A stretch of DNA of 22,631 bases from Okeania sp. (GCF_035285525.1 NZ_JAYKGW010000207.1:1-22631); one strand, 5' to 3'; positions 1 to 9,100 are shown, counted from the first letter of the stretch. Notes: generated from the sequence alone by a model not told the origin. Numbers and translations are program-made.

Positions 1-7
1 GACCTCT

Positions 8-78
8 CCCCCAACCCCTCTCCTGCAAGGATAGGGGAGAAATGCTCCTGAATACCTCGTAGGGAAGGGGGTTGGGGG
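8..78. repeat. G/C-tract inverted repeat immediately downstream of the ndhF stop; dispersed cyanobacterial repeat, possible terminator hairpin
   Basis: The arms cccccaacccc (8-18) and ggggttggggg (68-78) are exact reverse complements. An inner imperfect hairpin is ccctctcct-gca-aggataggg. Related ggggttagggg/ggttggggg motifs recur at 20960-20990, 21252-21275 and 22357-22380. Confidence 0.35.
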
Positions 79-99
79 GTTAGGTTTCTATTCACTGAA

Positions 100-2145
100 T
101 TAAATTCCAGAAAAAATCACCAAACCCAAAACTGCTACAAATACAATTAAGGCATAGAACTGAGCGCGACCATTTTCTAAATATTTTAAACCTTCCCCAC
201 TCAAGAGAGTAATGAAACCTGTTAAGTTAACAGCTCCATCAACTACTTTATAATCTACTTCCAAAACTTGCCGTGCTAAACGACGACTACCTTTGACAAA
301 TAGATAATCGTTGATGTCGTCTAAATACCACTTGTTTAAAGAAAAGTTGTAAAGAGGTTTGATTTTGGCAGCGATCGCATCACTATCAATTTTACGACTT
401 AGGAACATTAGAGAAGCAAAAGTAATACCAATTAAAGCAATACCTACAGAATTTCCTGCCATAATTAGAAATTCTGTTTGGTCAAACTCTGCTAACTTCT
501 CTAATACTTCTGTTAAAGATTCCCCAGGAGCATAAATAAACTGTTCAAAATAATTAGCAAAAGGCGTTCCGAATAAACCAATAATTGTCGAAGGAACTGC
601 CAAAACCATCAATGGTAAAGTCATGCTAATCGGAGACTCATGGGGAGAGTGACTATGATGATGGTCATGGTCATGGTCATCATGGCCACTTTCTACTTCA
701 GGGCCAGAACTCAAAACCGGAGCAGCATTTTCAGCTAATAATTGCTGTTTAATTTCCTGATTATTACCTTGGAACTCACCCTCAAAAGTACAGAAATACA
801 TCCGGAACATATAAAAAGCAGTCATACCAGCGGTCGCCCAACCGATCAACCACAAAGCGGGGTTAGCTGTAAATGCACTGCCGAGAATTTCGTCTTTTGA
901 CCAAAAACCCGCAAAAGGAGGAATACCGCAAATTGCCAGAGTACCGATTAAAAAGCAACTAGAGGTAATGGGCATATATTTCCTTAGTCCTCCCATTAAC
1001 CGCATATCTTGAGCCAAAGCTGGATTATGGCCAACTACTTCCTCCATACCATGAATTACTGAACCAGAACAGAGGAACAACATGGCTTTGAAATAAGCGT
1101 GAGTCATTAGGTGAAATAGTCCAGCGCTATAAGCACCTACACCCATTGCCATTACCATGTAGCCCAACTGGGAAATGGTGGAATAGGCCAGACCTTTTTT
1201 AATGTCATTTTGCGTAATGGCGATGGTTGCCCCCAGAAAAGCGGTAAAAGCTCCTGTCCAAGCAATAATATTCATTACTACTGGCAGATGTTCAAATACT
1301 GGGTACATCCGGGCAATGAGAAATACTCCAGCAGCTACCATTGTCGCAGCGTGAATGAGGGCCGAAATTGGTGTTGGGCCTTCCATTGCATCTGGGAGCC
1401 AAACGTGCAATGGGAATTGGGCTGATTTGGCCACAGGTCCTAAAAACACTAAAACACCGAACAGGGTGGCTAAACCAACCCCCAGAGCGCCTGTTTCTAC
1501 GAGTTCTTCTAAGCGAACTCCCATTACTTCAAATTCAAAGCTACCTGTGGCCCAGTAAATGCCGAGCATTCCTAGTAGGAGGCCAAAGTCACCGACACGG
1601 TTAGTAACGAAAGCTTTTTGACAAGCCTCAGCGGCTGCTTTGCGGTCGTACCAGAAACCAATTAGTAGGTAAGAGGATACACCTACTAATTCCCAGAATA
1701 TATAGACCTGGACTAAGTTTGGAGAGACTACTAAGCCTAGCATGGAAGAGCTGAACAAACTCAGGTAGGCATAAAAGCGTACATATCCAGGGTCGTGAGC
1801 CATATAACCATCGGTATAAACCATTACTAAGAAAGCAACGGTGGTGACGATGACTAACATGAGGGCAGTTAGGTGGTCGATGGTATAGCCCATACTGAGC
1901 CTGAAGTCACCTGCTGCTGCCCACTCAAACATTTGAGTATAGGTTTCATGGCCATTAAATTGACTCCAGAACAGGGCAAAGGACATAACCATTGCCGTTC
2001 CTAACAGGGAAACGATAAATATTGCTGAACCCCGTCGCAGATTAGTGGTGGCCTCGCTATAAGAGATTAACCCGAAGCCAACCAATGTTGCTCCAAGTAG
2101 GGGTAGTACTGGAATCAACCAAGCATATTGATAAAGTGGTTCCAT
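100..2145 (-). CDS. ndhF: NAD(P)H-quinone oxidoreductase (NDH-1) subunit 5, NdhF1-type
   Basis: 681-aa polytopic membrane protein. The N-terminus MEPLYQYAWLIPVLPLLG is typical of NdhF/NuoL. Proton-antiporter-like motifs are present (WELVGVSSYLLIGFW, FPLHVWLPDAMEGPTP, HESP...PL). The length fits NdhF1 rather than the shorter NdhF3/F4 CO2-uptake paralogs. Confidence 0.96.
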   Translation of the reverse strand: MEPLYQYAWLIPVLPLLGATLVGFGLISYSEATTNLRRGSAIFIVSLLGTAMVMSFALFWSQFNGHETYTQMFEWAAAGDFRLSMGYTIDHLTALMLVIVTTVAFLVMVYTDGYMAHDPGYVRFYAYLSLFSSSMLGLVVSPNLVQVYIFWELVGVSSYLLIGFWYDRKAAAEACQKAFVTNRVGDFGLLLGMLGIYWATGSFEFEVMGVRLEELVETGALGVGLATLFGVLVFLGPVAKSAQFPLHVWLPDAMEGPTPISALIHAATMVAAGVFLIARMYPVFEHLPVVMNIIAWTGAFTAFLGATIAITQNDIKKGLAYSTISQLGYMVMAMGVGAYSAGLFHLMTHAYFKAMLFLCSGSVIHGMEEVVGHNPALAQDMRLMGGLRKYMPITSSCFLIGTLAICGIPPFAGFWSKDEILGSAFTANPALWLIGWATAGMTAFYMFRMYFCTFEGEFQGNNQEIKQQLLAENAAPVLSSGPEVESGHDDHDHDHHHSHSPHESPISMTLPLMVLAVPSTIIGLFGTPFANYFEQFIYAPGESLTEVLEKLAEFDQTEFLIMAGNSVGIALIGITFASLMFLSRKIDSDAIAAKIKPLYNFSLNKWYLDDINDYLFVKGSRRLARQVLEVDYKVVDGAVNLTGFITLLSGEGLKYLENGRAQFYALIVFVAVLGLVIFSGI

Positions 2146-2352
2146 AATTTATGGTTACTTTATAGTTCTTAACTAAGTGGGCAAAACTATTAAGCATTCT
2201 TACATAGGCTTCCTAGATATTCATGGTAATGATCGATTTTTTTAAAAGTTATTGGTTAGCTTGAGTCAAAAGTCTACTTTTTGCAGTCAAAAGTAAGTAA
2301 AAGCAGGCTTTGGTTATCTAGAGGAGCTATCCATTACCCACATCTCTCACGG

Positions 2353-2463
2353 AAAGAAACCGGGTTTCTGGGTTCCTTATTTCTTTTCTCAAAGAAGCCA
2401 GGTTTCTGGGTTCCCTATTCCTTTTCTCAAAGAAACCGGGTTTGTGGGTTCCCTATTCCCTGT
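2353..2463. repeat. 38-bp tandem repeat, about 2.9 copies (aaagaaaccgggtttctgggttccctattccttttctc)
   Basis: Units lie at 2353-2390, 2391-2428 and 2429-2463 (partial) with a few substitutions. The core agaaaccgggtttctg is a palindromic dispersed repeat also seen at 8052-8066 (partial) and inside the kinase CDS at 20921-20936. The array sits in the ndhF/sensor divergent intergenic region. Confidence 0.85.
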
Positions 2464-2611
2464 AAACTATATTTAGAGGTTAACGGCCATTGACCCCTAA
2501 TGATGTAATACACCAAAAATTCTGTAAAGCTTAGGAATGGGTTTGTTTTTCAAGTTAACAAGTTTTCCTGTTTCTCCTGAATAAAGAGAGGTTTTAAAGC
2601 GAATGGATTAA

Positions 2612-2653
2612 TTATCAATTATCCATTATCAATTATCCATTATTAATTAGGGT
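2612..2653. repeat. Heptamer (STRR-like) array attatca/attatcc, six units, abutting the sensor-kinase start codon
   Basis: Direct reading: attatca attatcc attatca attatcc attatta attaggg, ending 3 nt before the ATG at 2657. Confidence 0.8.
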
Positions 2654-2656
2654 AAA

Positions 2657-5600
2657 ATGTTTAACAAACTTCCTTTAAAAACTGTTCTTATTGTCCCCTT
2701 TATCCTGCAAATTGTAACTGCTGTAGGATTAGTTGGATATTTTTCTTTTATCAATGGACGCCAATCAGTTGATACTTTAGCAGATAAGTTAACTTTGGAA
2801 ATTAGCACTCGTATCCAGCAACACATTTTAGATTATTTAGAGAGAACCTATCAGGGAGTAAAAATAATCAATGATGCTATTACCAGTGGTAACTTTGATG
2901 CTTACGACTTTAGAAAAATGCAGTTGTACTTTTGGCAAATCATTACAGAGCAGCAGCGGGAGAACAATCTTTTTCCTGATCGCAAACCGGAAGAATTCAA
3001 TCTTTTTTTTGGTAACGAACAGGGGGTGTTTGTTGGAGTCAAATATGATCCCGAATATAAAAGTATGATGTTGAGGACTCGAACTACAGCTACTCAAGGA
3101 TTCCGTGAAGCTTATCAGTTAGATGAGAATGGCGAAATAAGTAAATTCGTGAAAGCGAGAAAGTACGATCCGCGCATTCGTCCCTGGTATCAAAAAGCCA
3201 AAAAAGTAGGCTTACCTACATGGAGTCCTATTTATGCTGGTTTTTCTGAAGAGAATACATCTTTAGATATATCTGCTCTCAGACCTATTTTTGATGATAA
3301 TGGTGATTTCATCGGAGTATTAGCTAATGAAACTAGCTTAATAAAGATGACAGCATTCCTTAATAACTTAGAGATTAGTCCTAATGGCAAAAGTTTTATC
3401 ATGGAGCGATCGGGAAATATAATTGCTGGTTCCAAAATTCCTGAACCTTTTGTAATTACTAAAATTGATAGCGATCGAGAAATAGAACGCTTACACGCTA
3501 TGGATAGTGGTAATCCTATAGTCATTGCTACTGCAACTCATCTAGAAAAAACTTTTGGTAGTTTAGAAAAAATTAATCGCAGTCAGCAACTTAATTTTCA
3601 GATAAGTAAAAAGTGGTATTATGTTAGTGTGGTGCCAGTTAGAGACGGACGGGGTATTGATTGGTTAGTAGTTGTTGTAGTTCCCGAAACAGACTTTATG
3701 GAAAAAATCAACGCTAACACCAAAACTACTATTTTCTTGAGTATTACAGCTCTAACTGTCGCCATATTCTTTGGGATAGTTACTGCTTACTGGATTAGCA
3801 AACCAATATCACAAGTTAATTCTGCTGCCAAAAAAATCGCAGAAGGCAAATGGGAAAATCAACTTGATATTCGCCGTAATGATGAAGTAGGAGAACTTGC
3901 TCAGTCTTTTAACAGTATGGCAACTCAACTGAAAAACTCCTTTGATATCCTAGAAGCGAAAAATAAAGAACTGAAAAAATTAGACCGCCTCAAAGACGAA
4001 TTTTTAGCCAACACTTCCCATGAACTAAGCACTCCACTCAATGGCATTATTGGTATTGGTGAATTTCTTCTCGGAGATCCTGCCCAAAACTTCAATAGTA
4101 CCACCACTTCTAACTTAAACATGATTGTATCTAGCGCTCGTCGTCTTTCTAATTTAGTTAACGATATTCTCGACTTTTCTAAGATTAGATACAATAAACT
4201 AGAATTACAAATGAAAGCAGTTGATATTTTTGTGGTGGTAGAAACAGTAGTCACCTTAAATCTATTAGTCAGCAAAAATAAAAATCTACATTTAATCAAT
4301 ACTCTTCCCAGAAATTTACCACCAGTCTTTGCAGACGAAAACCGTTTACAACAAATTCTCTACAATTTAATTGGTAATGCTATCAAGTTTACTGACTCTG
4401 GTAAAATTGAAATTTTAGCAGCACTAATTACTAATAATTATATAAATCCTCCTACTCTAGTTTCCCCCTCAGAAGATTCCAGTCAAAATCAAAATATTCA
4501 GCCATCTCAGGAACTAATCATTACAGTTTCTGATACTGGTATTGGTATTCCCAGCGATAAACTAGACAGTATTTTTAAATCTTTTGAACAAGGAGAAGGT
4601 TCCATAGCCAGAAAATATGGTGGTACAGGTTTAGGATTAGCTATCACCAAACAATTAGTTGAACTTCATGGGGGTCGCATTTGGGTACAGTCTGAGGTTG
4701 GTGTTGGTTCTAGTTTTAGTTTTACTTTACCCATTTCCGAAAAATCTGTAGCCGATCCTCCAAATATTTTTGTTTCTAAAGTTAAGGAGACAGTAGAAAC
4801 ATCCCCAGATATTCAACCAGATGAAAATCATTTAGCAAATGGTGATTTCCATATTTTAGTTGTTGATGATGAACCGATAAATGTGCAAGTTTTAACTAAC
4901 CATTTGACCGCAAATCACTATCAAGTTACTCAAGCTTTAAATGGAAAAGAAGCTTTAGATGCTATAGCTAAACATGAGAATTTTGACCTAATTTTGTTAG
5001 ATGTAATGATGCCAAATATAAGTGGTTATGAAGTCTGCGCCCAAATTAGAGAAAAATATCCAACGGAGGCTTTACCTATTTTAATGTTAACTGCGAAAAA
5101 TCAAGTGGCTGATTTAGTGATGGGTTTTCAATTTGGCGCTAATGATTATTTAACTAAACCTTTTGCAAAAGATGAGTTATTAACTAGAATTAAAACTCAT
5201 ATTCAATTATCAAAAATTACTAATTCTTATGAACGTTTTGTGCCTCATGAATATGTGACATTACTCTCAAAAGAAAGTATTCTTAATGTGAAGTTAGGAG
5301 ATAGAGTCAGCAAAGAAATGGCTATTTTCTTTTCTGATATTCGTTATTTTACAACTATGTCAGAAAAGATGACTTCTCAAGAAACTTTTGCTTTTCTTAA
5401 TGGTTATTTAGAACAAGTTTGTCCAGAGATTAGAGACCGGAATGGTTTAATTATTAAGTTTATGGGAGATGGAATTATGGCAGTATTTCCTGATGGTAGT
5501 GATGATGCGGTTGATGCTGCTATTGCTCAATTAAAGAAGTTACAACAATATAATCGGAACTTGAAAGAAAAGGGTTTACCTGTAATTAAAATTGGCATAG

Positions 5601-6085
5601 GTATTCATTGGGGTAACATGATGGTGGGGATAGTGGGAGAGAAAGGTAGGATGTCTGGAGATGCAGTTTCTGATAATGTAAATTTGACGTCTCGTTTGGA
5701 AGGTTTAACTAAGTTTTATGGTGTTTCTTTATTAATTTCTGAGTCAGCTTTTAACTGTTTAAAAAATCCAGAAAAATATCAAATGAGGTTTTTAGATAGG
5801 GCATCGGTGAAGGGTAGAGATGAACCGATTAATGTTTATGAAGTGTTGGATGGTGAAGTAGATTTTATCCGAGAGTTAAAGTTAGAAACTCAAGGAGATT
5901 TTCAGCAGGGTTTAGACTATTATCGTTTAGGAGATTTAGTAGCAGCTAAAGTTTGTTTTGAGAAAGTATTGGTGGTTAATTGTGCAGATGAAACAGCTAA
6001 ACTTTATTTGGAAAGAATTGATGAGTTGATGGTCAATGGTATTCCCATAAATTGGAATGGAGTTTGGGCATTTACTCAGAAATAA
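2657..6085 (+). CDS. Hybrid sensor: Cache-like periplasmic domain, HAMP, HisKA/HATPase_c, REC, class III adenylate/guanylate cyclase, and a C-terminal TPR-like tail
   Basis: Two TM segments flank an extracytoplasmic domain of about 330 aa that carries the RPWYQKA Cache signature. HAMP: [15 protein letters not shown]...[12 protein letters not shown]-box: [15 protein letters not shown] boxes: [28 protein letters not shown]: ILVVDDEP...LLDVMMP...LTAK. Cyclase: [32 protein letters not shown]. Confidence 0.93.
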   Translation: MFNKLPLKTVLIVPFILQIVTAVGLVGYFSFINGRQSVDTLADKLTLEISTRIQQHILDYLERTYQGVKIINDAITSGNFDAYDFRKMQLYFWQIITEQQRENNLFPDRKPEEFNLFFGNEQGVFVGVKYDPEYKSMMLRTRTTATQGFREAYQLDENGEISKFVKARKYDPRIRPWYQKAKKVGLPTWSPIYAGFSEENTSLDISALRPIFDDNGDFIGVLANETSLIKMTAFLNNLEISPNGKSFIMERSGNIIAGSKIPEPFVITKIDSDREIERLHAMDSGNPIVIATATHLEKTFGSLEKINRSQQLNFQISKKWYYVSVVPVRDGRGIDWLVVVVVPETDFMEKINANTKTTIFLSITALTVAIFFGIVTAYWISKPISQVNSAAKKIAEGKWENQLDIRRNDEVGELAQSFNSMATQLKNSFDILEAKNKELKKLDRLKDEFLANTSHELSTPLNGIIGIGEFLLGDPAQNFNSTTTSNLNMIVSSARRLSNLVNDILDFSKIRYNKLELQMKAVDIFVVVETVVTLNLLVSKNKNLHLINTLPRNLPPVFADENRLQQILYNLIGNAIKFTDSGKIEILAALITNNYINPPTLVSPSEDSSQNQNIQPSQELIITVSDTGIGIPSDKLDSIFKSFEQGEGSIARKYGGTGLGLAITKQLVELHGGRIWVQSEVGVGSSFSFTLPISEKSVADPPNIFVSKVKETVETSPDIQPDENHLANGDFHILVVDDEPINVQVLTNHLTANHYQVTQALNGKEALDAIAKHENFDLILLDVMMPNISGYEVCAQIREKYPTEALPILMLTAKNQVADLVMGFQFGANDYLTKPFAKDELLTRIKTHIQLSKITNSYERFVPHEYVTLLSKESILNVKLGDRVSKEMAIFFSDIRYFTTMSEKMTSQETFAFLNGYLEQVCPEIRDRNGLIIKFMGDGIMAVFPDGSDDAVDAAIAQLKKLQQYNRNLKEKGLPVIKIGIGIHWGNMMVGIVGEKGRMSGDAVSDNVNLTSRLEGLTKFYGVSLLISESAFNCLKNPEKYQMRFLDRASVKGRDEPINVYEVLDGEVDFIRELKLETQGDFQQGLDYYRLGDLVAAKVCFEKVLVVNCADETAKLYLERIDELMVNGIPINWNGVWAFTQK

Positions 6086-6087
6086 GG

Positions 6088-6140
6088 AAGAAGTTAAGAA
6101 ATAAGAAGTTAAGAAGTTAAGAAGTTAAGAAGGAAGAAGT
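6088..6140. repeat. Octamer array aagaagtt (about 6 units) starting 3 nt after the sensor stop codon
   Basis: aagaagtt aagaaata(a)gaagtt aagaagtt aagaagtt aagaagga agaagt. A further piece of the same array lies at 6273-6294. Confidence 0.8.
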
Positions 6141-6272
6141 AATATAAAATCCAGATAATTAATAAACTCAAGTCATTGCGACTGCAACGGAGTGGAAGGA
6201 AGCAATTTCATAATTTTAAGAGATTGCTTCCTATCGTCGCAATGACCACTACTGTGCAACCATATTTTATAT
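6141..6272. mobile_element. 132-bp MITE-like element with three nested inverted repeats, inserted in the aagaagtt array; may also act as a terminator hairpin
   Basis: Outer IR: aatataaaat (6141-6150) and atattttatat (6262-6272). Middle IR, perfect 11 bp: gtcattgcgac (6172-6182) and gtcgcaatgac (6236-6246). Inner IR, 10 bp: aggaagcaat (6197-6206) and attgcttcct (6223-6232). Both flanks read aagaagt. Confidence 0.55.
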
Positions 6273-6463
6273 AAGAAGTTAAGAACTAAGAAAGAAAAAA
6301 ATGCTCAAAATAAAAACTCTCTTGCTATTTCATTAATAGATAATTGATACATCTCAATATTTGCCAATATACTTTTTTTCTATTCTCTCCATACCTCCAT
6401 ACCTATTTCCTGAAAATGAATTTAATATGATAATGAAATAATTACTATATCCCAATTAAATAT

Positions 6464-7109
6464 ATGACGAATTTACAAATAAAACTTCCCACAGATACAT
6501 GGGTTTCAGCTACTGGGAATGAATATCTCCAAACTATTGAAAATCCCATTTACACTAGAGCAAAATCTTATTATTATCAAGGAAAACTCAGAATAGAAAT
6601 ATCACCAGTAAGTTACGATCGCGCCAAGGATAATTCACTTATTGCTATAGCTCTTGGTATTTTCTGTAGCCTCAAAAATATTAGAAGTAAAAGTTTAACT
6701 AATTGTAGTTATAGAAAAACCGGACTTCAATAAGTACAACCAGATATTTCCTACTATATAGGTGATCATTCTAATATTATTCCTTGGGGAACTTCTATTG
6801 TAGATTTAGATAGATATCCATCCCCAGATTTAGTCATAGAAATAGCCAATATTTCACTGGCAAATAATAAAGGTGAAAAAAAGGTTAATCTATGAAGATT
6901 TAAAAGTCAAAGAATATTGGATAGTTGATGTTAAAAATGTAGATATTATTGCTTTGGCTATGGTTGATGGTGGCAGTAAAAAAATTAAAGAATCTCAAGT
7001 TTTATCAGGATTATTAATAAGTATTTTAAAAGAAGCTTTAGAACAGAGTCGAAGTATTAATCAAAATGAAGTTATTGCCTCCCTATTTTCTCAATTTCAA
7101 GAATCTTGA
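6464..7109 (+). pseudogene. Uma2-family (DUF820, PD-(D/E)xK-like) endonuclease gene, disrupted
   Basis: Three collinear pieces reconstruct a typical Uma2 protein (…YYYQGKLRIEISP…, VQPDISYY…PDLVIEIANIS…, KKRLIYEDLKVKEYWIVD…). There is an in-frame TAA at 6731-6733 and a frameshift in the A7 run at 6876-6882. Confidence 0.75.
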
Positions 7110-7974
7110 TCTTGAGTAGGAACTGGAGAAAAGGAAGAGTCTGCTACTAGATTACTGTTGTTCAATAGTCTAGATAGATCGAGTGAGGACTATTCTACTT
7201 GTCCCAATGGTGATGCTTTGAAGTTACAAAGAATATTTAGCAAAAAAACAAAAGTCAGGTATTTGGAATGATATAGCAGTCGAAGCAAACGGCACGAATA
7301 TTTCTAAATTCTGTTTGCGGAGCATTTCCCTATACGAAAAACCCTTTGATAGTCTCCTGTTCCCTATTCCCTAGCGCGTAGCGCTATAAATGAGAGAAGT
7401 TTTTCCCTTGTTGTGACTGAATTTGTGAAGATTTGATGAAGATCAAACCCTATAATCCCTGGAAATCTACTACCAAGTAGTTATAAGCTGTACTGATAAG
7501 TCTAACGTATCTCCGTAGTTACACGGTTTTTACTTCTTAATATCAAATCTACTGTCAAATTCCACATATAAATAGTTTGAAATCCTGATTATATCTTGAT
7601 TGTTAATTGATAAATAGTCAGAGATATTGGCATAATTGCTTAACATAAATCAACATTTTTTGATGATTAAAATTATAGTGATAGATGATCTTGGTATTAA
7701 ATATAAAATTTTTAAAATATTTGTATAAACATAATTTTGTTATTTTGATACTTAGTATAATTGTGTAAAATATCAATTGTTTTATGTGAATTTTAGAAAT
7801 ATTTGAAAAACTAATATATTCACATATTTTAACTATATAAAGATTGAGTAAAACAGCTGATTTGCTATTGCTTTATTTTTTGGTGATGGATATTATTGAT
7901 TTTAAGTAAATCAAAGCTGTAATTCCAGACTATCTTACAACGGTAATGGTATGTCTTCGTTCGGCTATTACTGA

Positions 7975-8078
7975 CAGGACTTACGCAAAGCAACTAAGAA
8001 ACCGGGCTGATTGCAGTGAGATTGTGGTTCTAACCAATAAATTTGGTTGATAAACCCGGTTTCTGCATAAGCCCTAAC
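7975..8078. mobile_element. MITE-like dispersed repeat, about 100 bp (caggacttacgca … tgcataagccct termini)
   Basis: The termini are imperfect inverted repeats. The interior carries agaaaccgggct / aacccggtttct inverted copies. It shares the caggacttacgcaaag head with copies at 9878 and 13544. It lies about 70 bp upstream of the B2 gene. Confidence 0.5.
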
Positions 8079-8147
8079 CGATCTAAATTTGAGGCATTTT
8101 TCCTACTAGAAAATGTCTAAGTACCATTATTCAATCCCTAACATTCA

Positions 8148-8624
8148 TTGAAAGTAAAAAAGCTGCATAAGTTCTTACAACTTAACCTCTTGGAACAACT
8201 CCTGCTAGTTAAGGCATTTCTTTTGCTTGCGGTAATTCGGGTAGGACTGAAATTCTTGCCTTTTCAGACTTTGTACCGCCTTCTAGCAAAAGTATTTCAG
8301 CCAACTGCAAAGTTGCAGATATCAGAATCGACTTATGCAGAAAAAGTAGTGTGGACAGTAAGAGTAGCTAGCCGCTATGTACGGGGTGTCAGATGTCTAG
8401 CTCAGGCTTTGGCTACTCAGGTATTATTGGAACAGCGCGGTTATAGCTCTAACCTTCGTATTGGTTTCACTAGAAATAAGGGTGGGCGGATGTCAGCCCA
8501 TGCTTGGGTGGAAAGTGAGGGGAGGGTGGTGATTGGTGATCTTAAGAATATGGCTGACTATATTCGTGTGCCACTTCAGGGAACAGAAAATCTTAAAAAG
8601 AAGGAGTGGAGATTATTATCCTAG
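8148..8624 (+). CDS. Lasso-peptide-type B2 protein (transglutaminase-fold cysteine protease, Transglut_core3-like), stand-alone
   Basis: 158 aa with a hydrophobic N-terminal helix (LLLVKAFLLLAVIRVGLKFLPF). Putative Cys-His-Asp triad: RC83LAQALA (codon 8394-8396), SAH118AWVE (8499-8501) and VVIGD131. The spacing (35 and 13 aa) is close to that of McjB-type leader peptidases. The start is TTG; there is no in-frame ATG near the N-terminus. Confidence 0.78.
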   Translation: MKVKKLHKFLQLNLLEQLLLVKAFLLLAVIRVGLKFLPFQTLYRLLAKVFQPTAKLQISESTYAEKVVWTVRVASRYVRGVRCLAQALATQVLLEQRGYSSNLRIGFTRNKGGRMSAHAWVESEGRVVIGDLKNMADYIRVPLQGTENLKKKEWRLLS

Positions 8625-8653
8625 CCTTTAGAAGTGTCTACAACAATAAATAA

Positions 8654-8968
8654 TTGTTGTCTCTATCCACAATAGCCATTTTGATACTAAGTTATACTTC
8701 TGCTTATGCGACTCAAAATTTTACTCTTGAAGCATGGAAATTTGCTGGCCTTGGTCAAGGAGGAGTTGTTGAAGAAGAAGGGGATGATGAAGATCAGGTC
8801 TATATTTGTTTGAAAAATGGCAAACCCCTGAAAGTCTTAGGATTAGAAATGATTGACTCAGACGACATATCAGAAGAAGGTATAGTTTGTACTCCTGAGC
8901 CATCATCTATCTTCGGCTTGATAACATTAGGCTCTATTTTAGCTGGAGCTAAAATTTTACAAAAATAG
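8654..8968 (+). CDS. Small acidic secreted protein with a PEP-CTERM sorting signal
   Basis: The C-terminus TPEPSSIFGLITLGSILAGAKILQK shows PEP, a hydrophobic helix and a basic tail. The N-terminus LSLSTIAILILSYTSAYA is signal-peptide-like with an AxA site. The middle is acidic (EEEGDDEDQ). Only TTG starts are available (8654/8657) and there is no basic n-region, so the gene model is uncertain. Confidence 0.5.
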   Translation: MLSLSTIAILILSYTSAYATQNFTLEAWKFAGLGQGGVVEEEGDDEDQVYICLKNGKPLKVLGLEMIDSDDISEEGIVCTPEPSSIFGLITLGSILAGAKILQK

Positions 8969-9100
8969 GTTTTACCCATGAGCGCTATTGGTAGGGTGTG
9001 TTTGGCGTTCCGCAAAGCTCCGCTAACGGCTGTCGCTGATATGTAAAGCGGTAGCGTAACGCACCAAGACTCTATAGAGAGTGCCTTTATGTAAGTCCTG
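8967..9100 (-). mobile_element. Dispersed hairpin repeat, copy A (same family as 9878-9969 and 13544-13595, inverted orientation)
   Basis: ggtagggtgtgtt (8990-9002) and ccaagactctatagagagtgcctttatgtaagtcctg (9064-9100) match the reverse complement of copy B. A degenerate left terminus aggttttacccatga overlaps the preceding stop codon. Confidence 0.6.

Noticed and set aside
640-700. His/Asp-rich stretch in NdhF (GHDDHDHDHHHSHSPHESP) encoded partly by (atggtc)3
   Set aside because: It lies in the variable loop just before the conserved HESP motif. From memory, NdhF proteins commonly carry His-rich sequence there. At most it is a slippage-prone microsatellite, not a separate feature.
1210-1604. 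Three plus-strand ORFs (71, 67 and 78 aa) inside ndhF
   Set aside because: They lie antisense to a strongly supported, conserved membrane-protein CDS. Their products are low-complexity and they lack motifs. They are shadow ORFs.
2353-2463. Possible CRISPR array
   Set aside because: The 38-bp units are directly adjacent with no spacers, there are only about 3 copies, and the unit is a known type of dispersed palindromic repeat. It is not a CRISPR.
2281-2493. 70-aa ORF upstream of the sensor gene
   Set aside because: Its translation (…KETGFLGSLFLFSKKPGFWVPYSFSQRNRVCGFPIP…) is just the 38-bp tandem repeat read through. It has a non-ATG start (TTG) and no coding signal.
2837-4299. Minus- and plus-strand ORFs of 65-124 aa inside the sensor CDS
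   Set aside because: They overlap a well-supported multidomain CDS and their AT-rich sequence yields Lys/Ile/Phe-rich nonsense. They carry no motifs.
7946-8050. 34-aa ORF (MVCLRSAITDRTYAKQLRNRADCSEIVVLTNKFG) upstream of B2, considered as a lasso precursor candidate
   Set aside because: It reads straight through the MITE-like repeat at 7975-8078 and has no RBS. The window contains no lasso cyclase to use it. A 12-aa ORF at 8113-8151 is similarly unconvincing.
8148-8624. Interpreting the locus as a bona fide lasso peptide cluster
   Set aside because: The window contains no Asn-synthetase-like cyclase, no PqqD/B1 RRE and no short precursor with a Gly/Thr-penultimate leader. Only the B2 and nucleotidyltransferase components are lasso-like.
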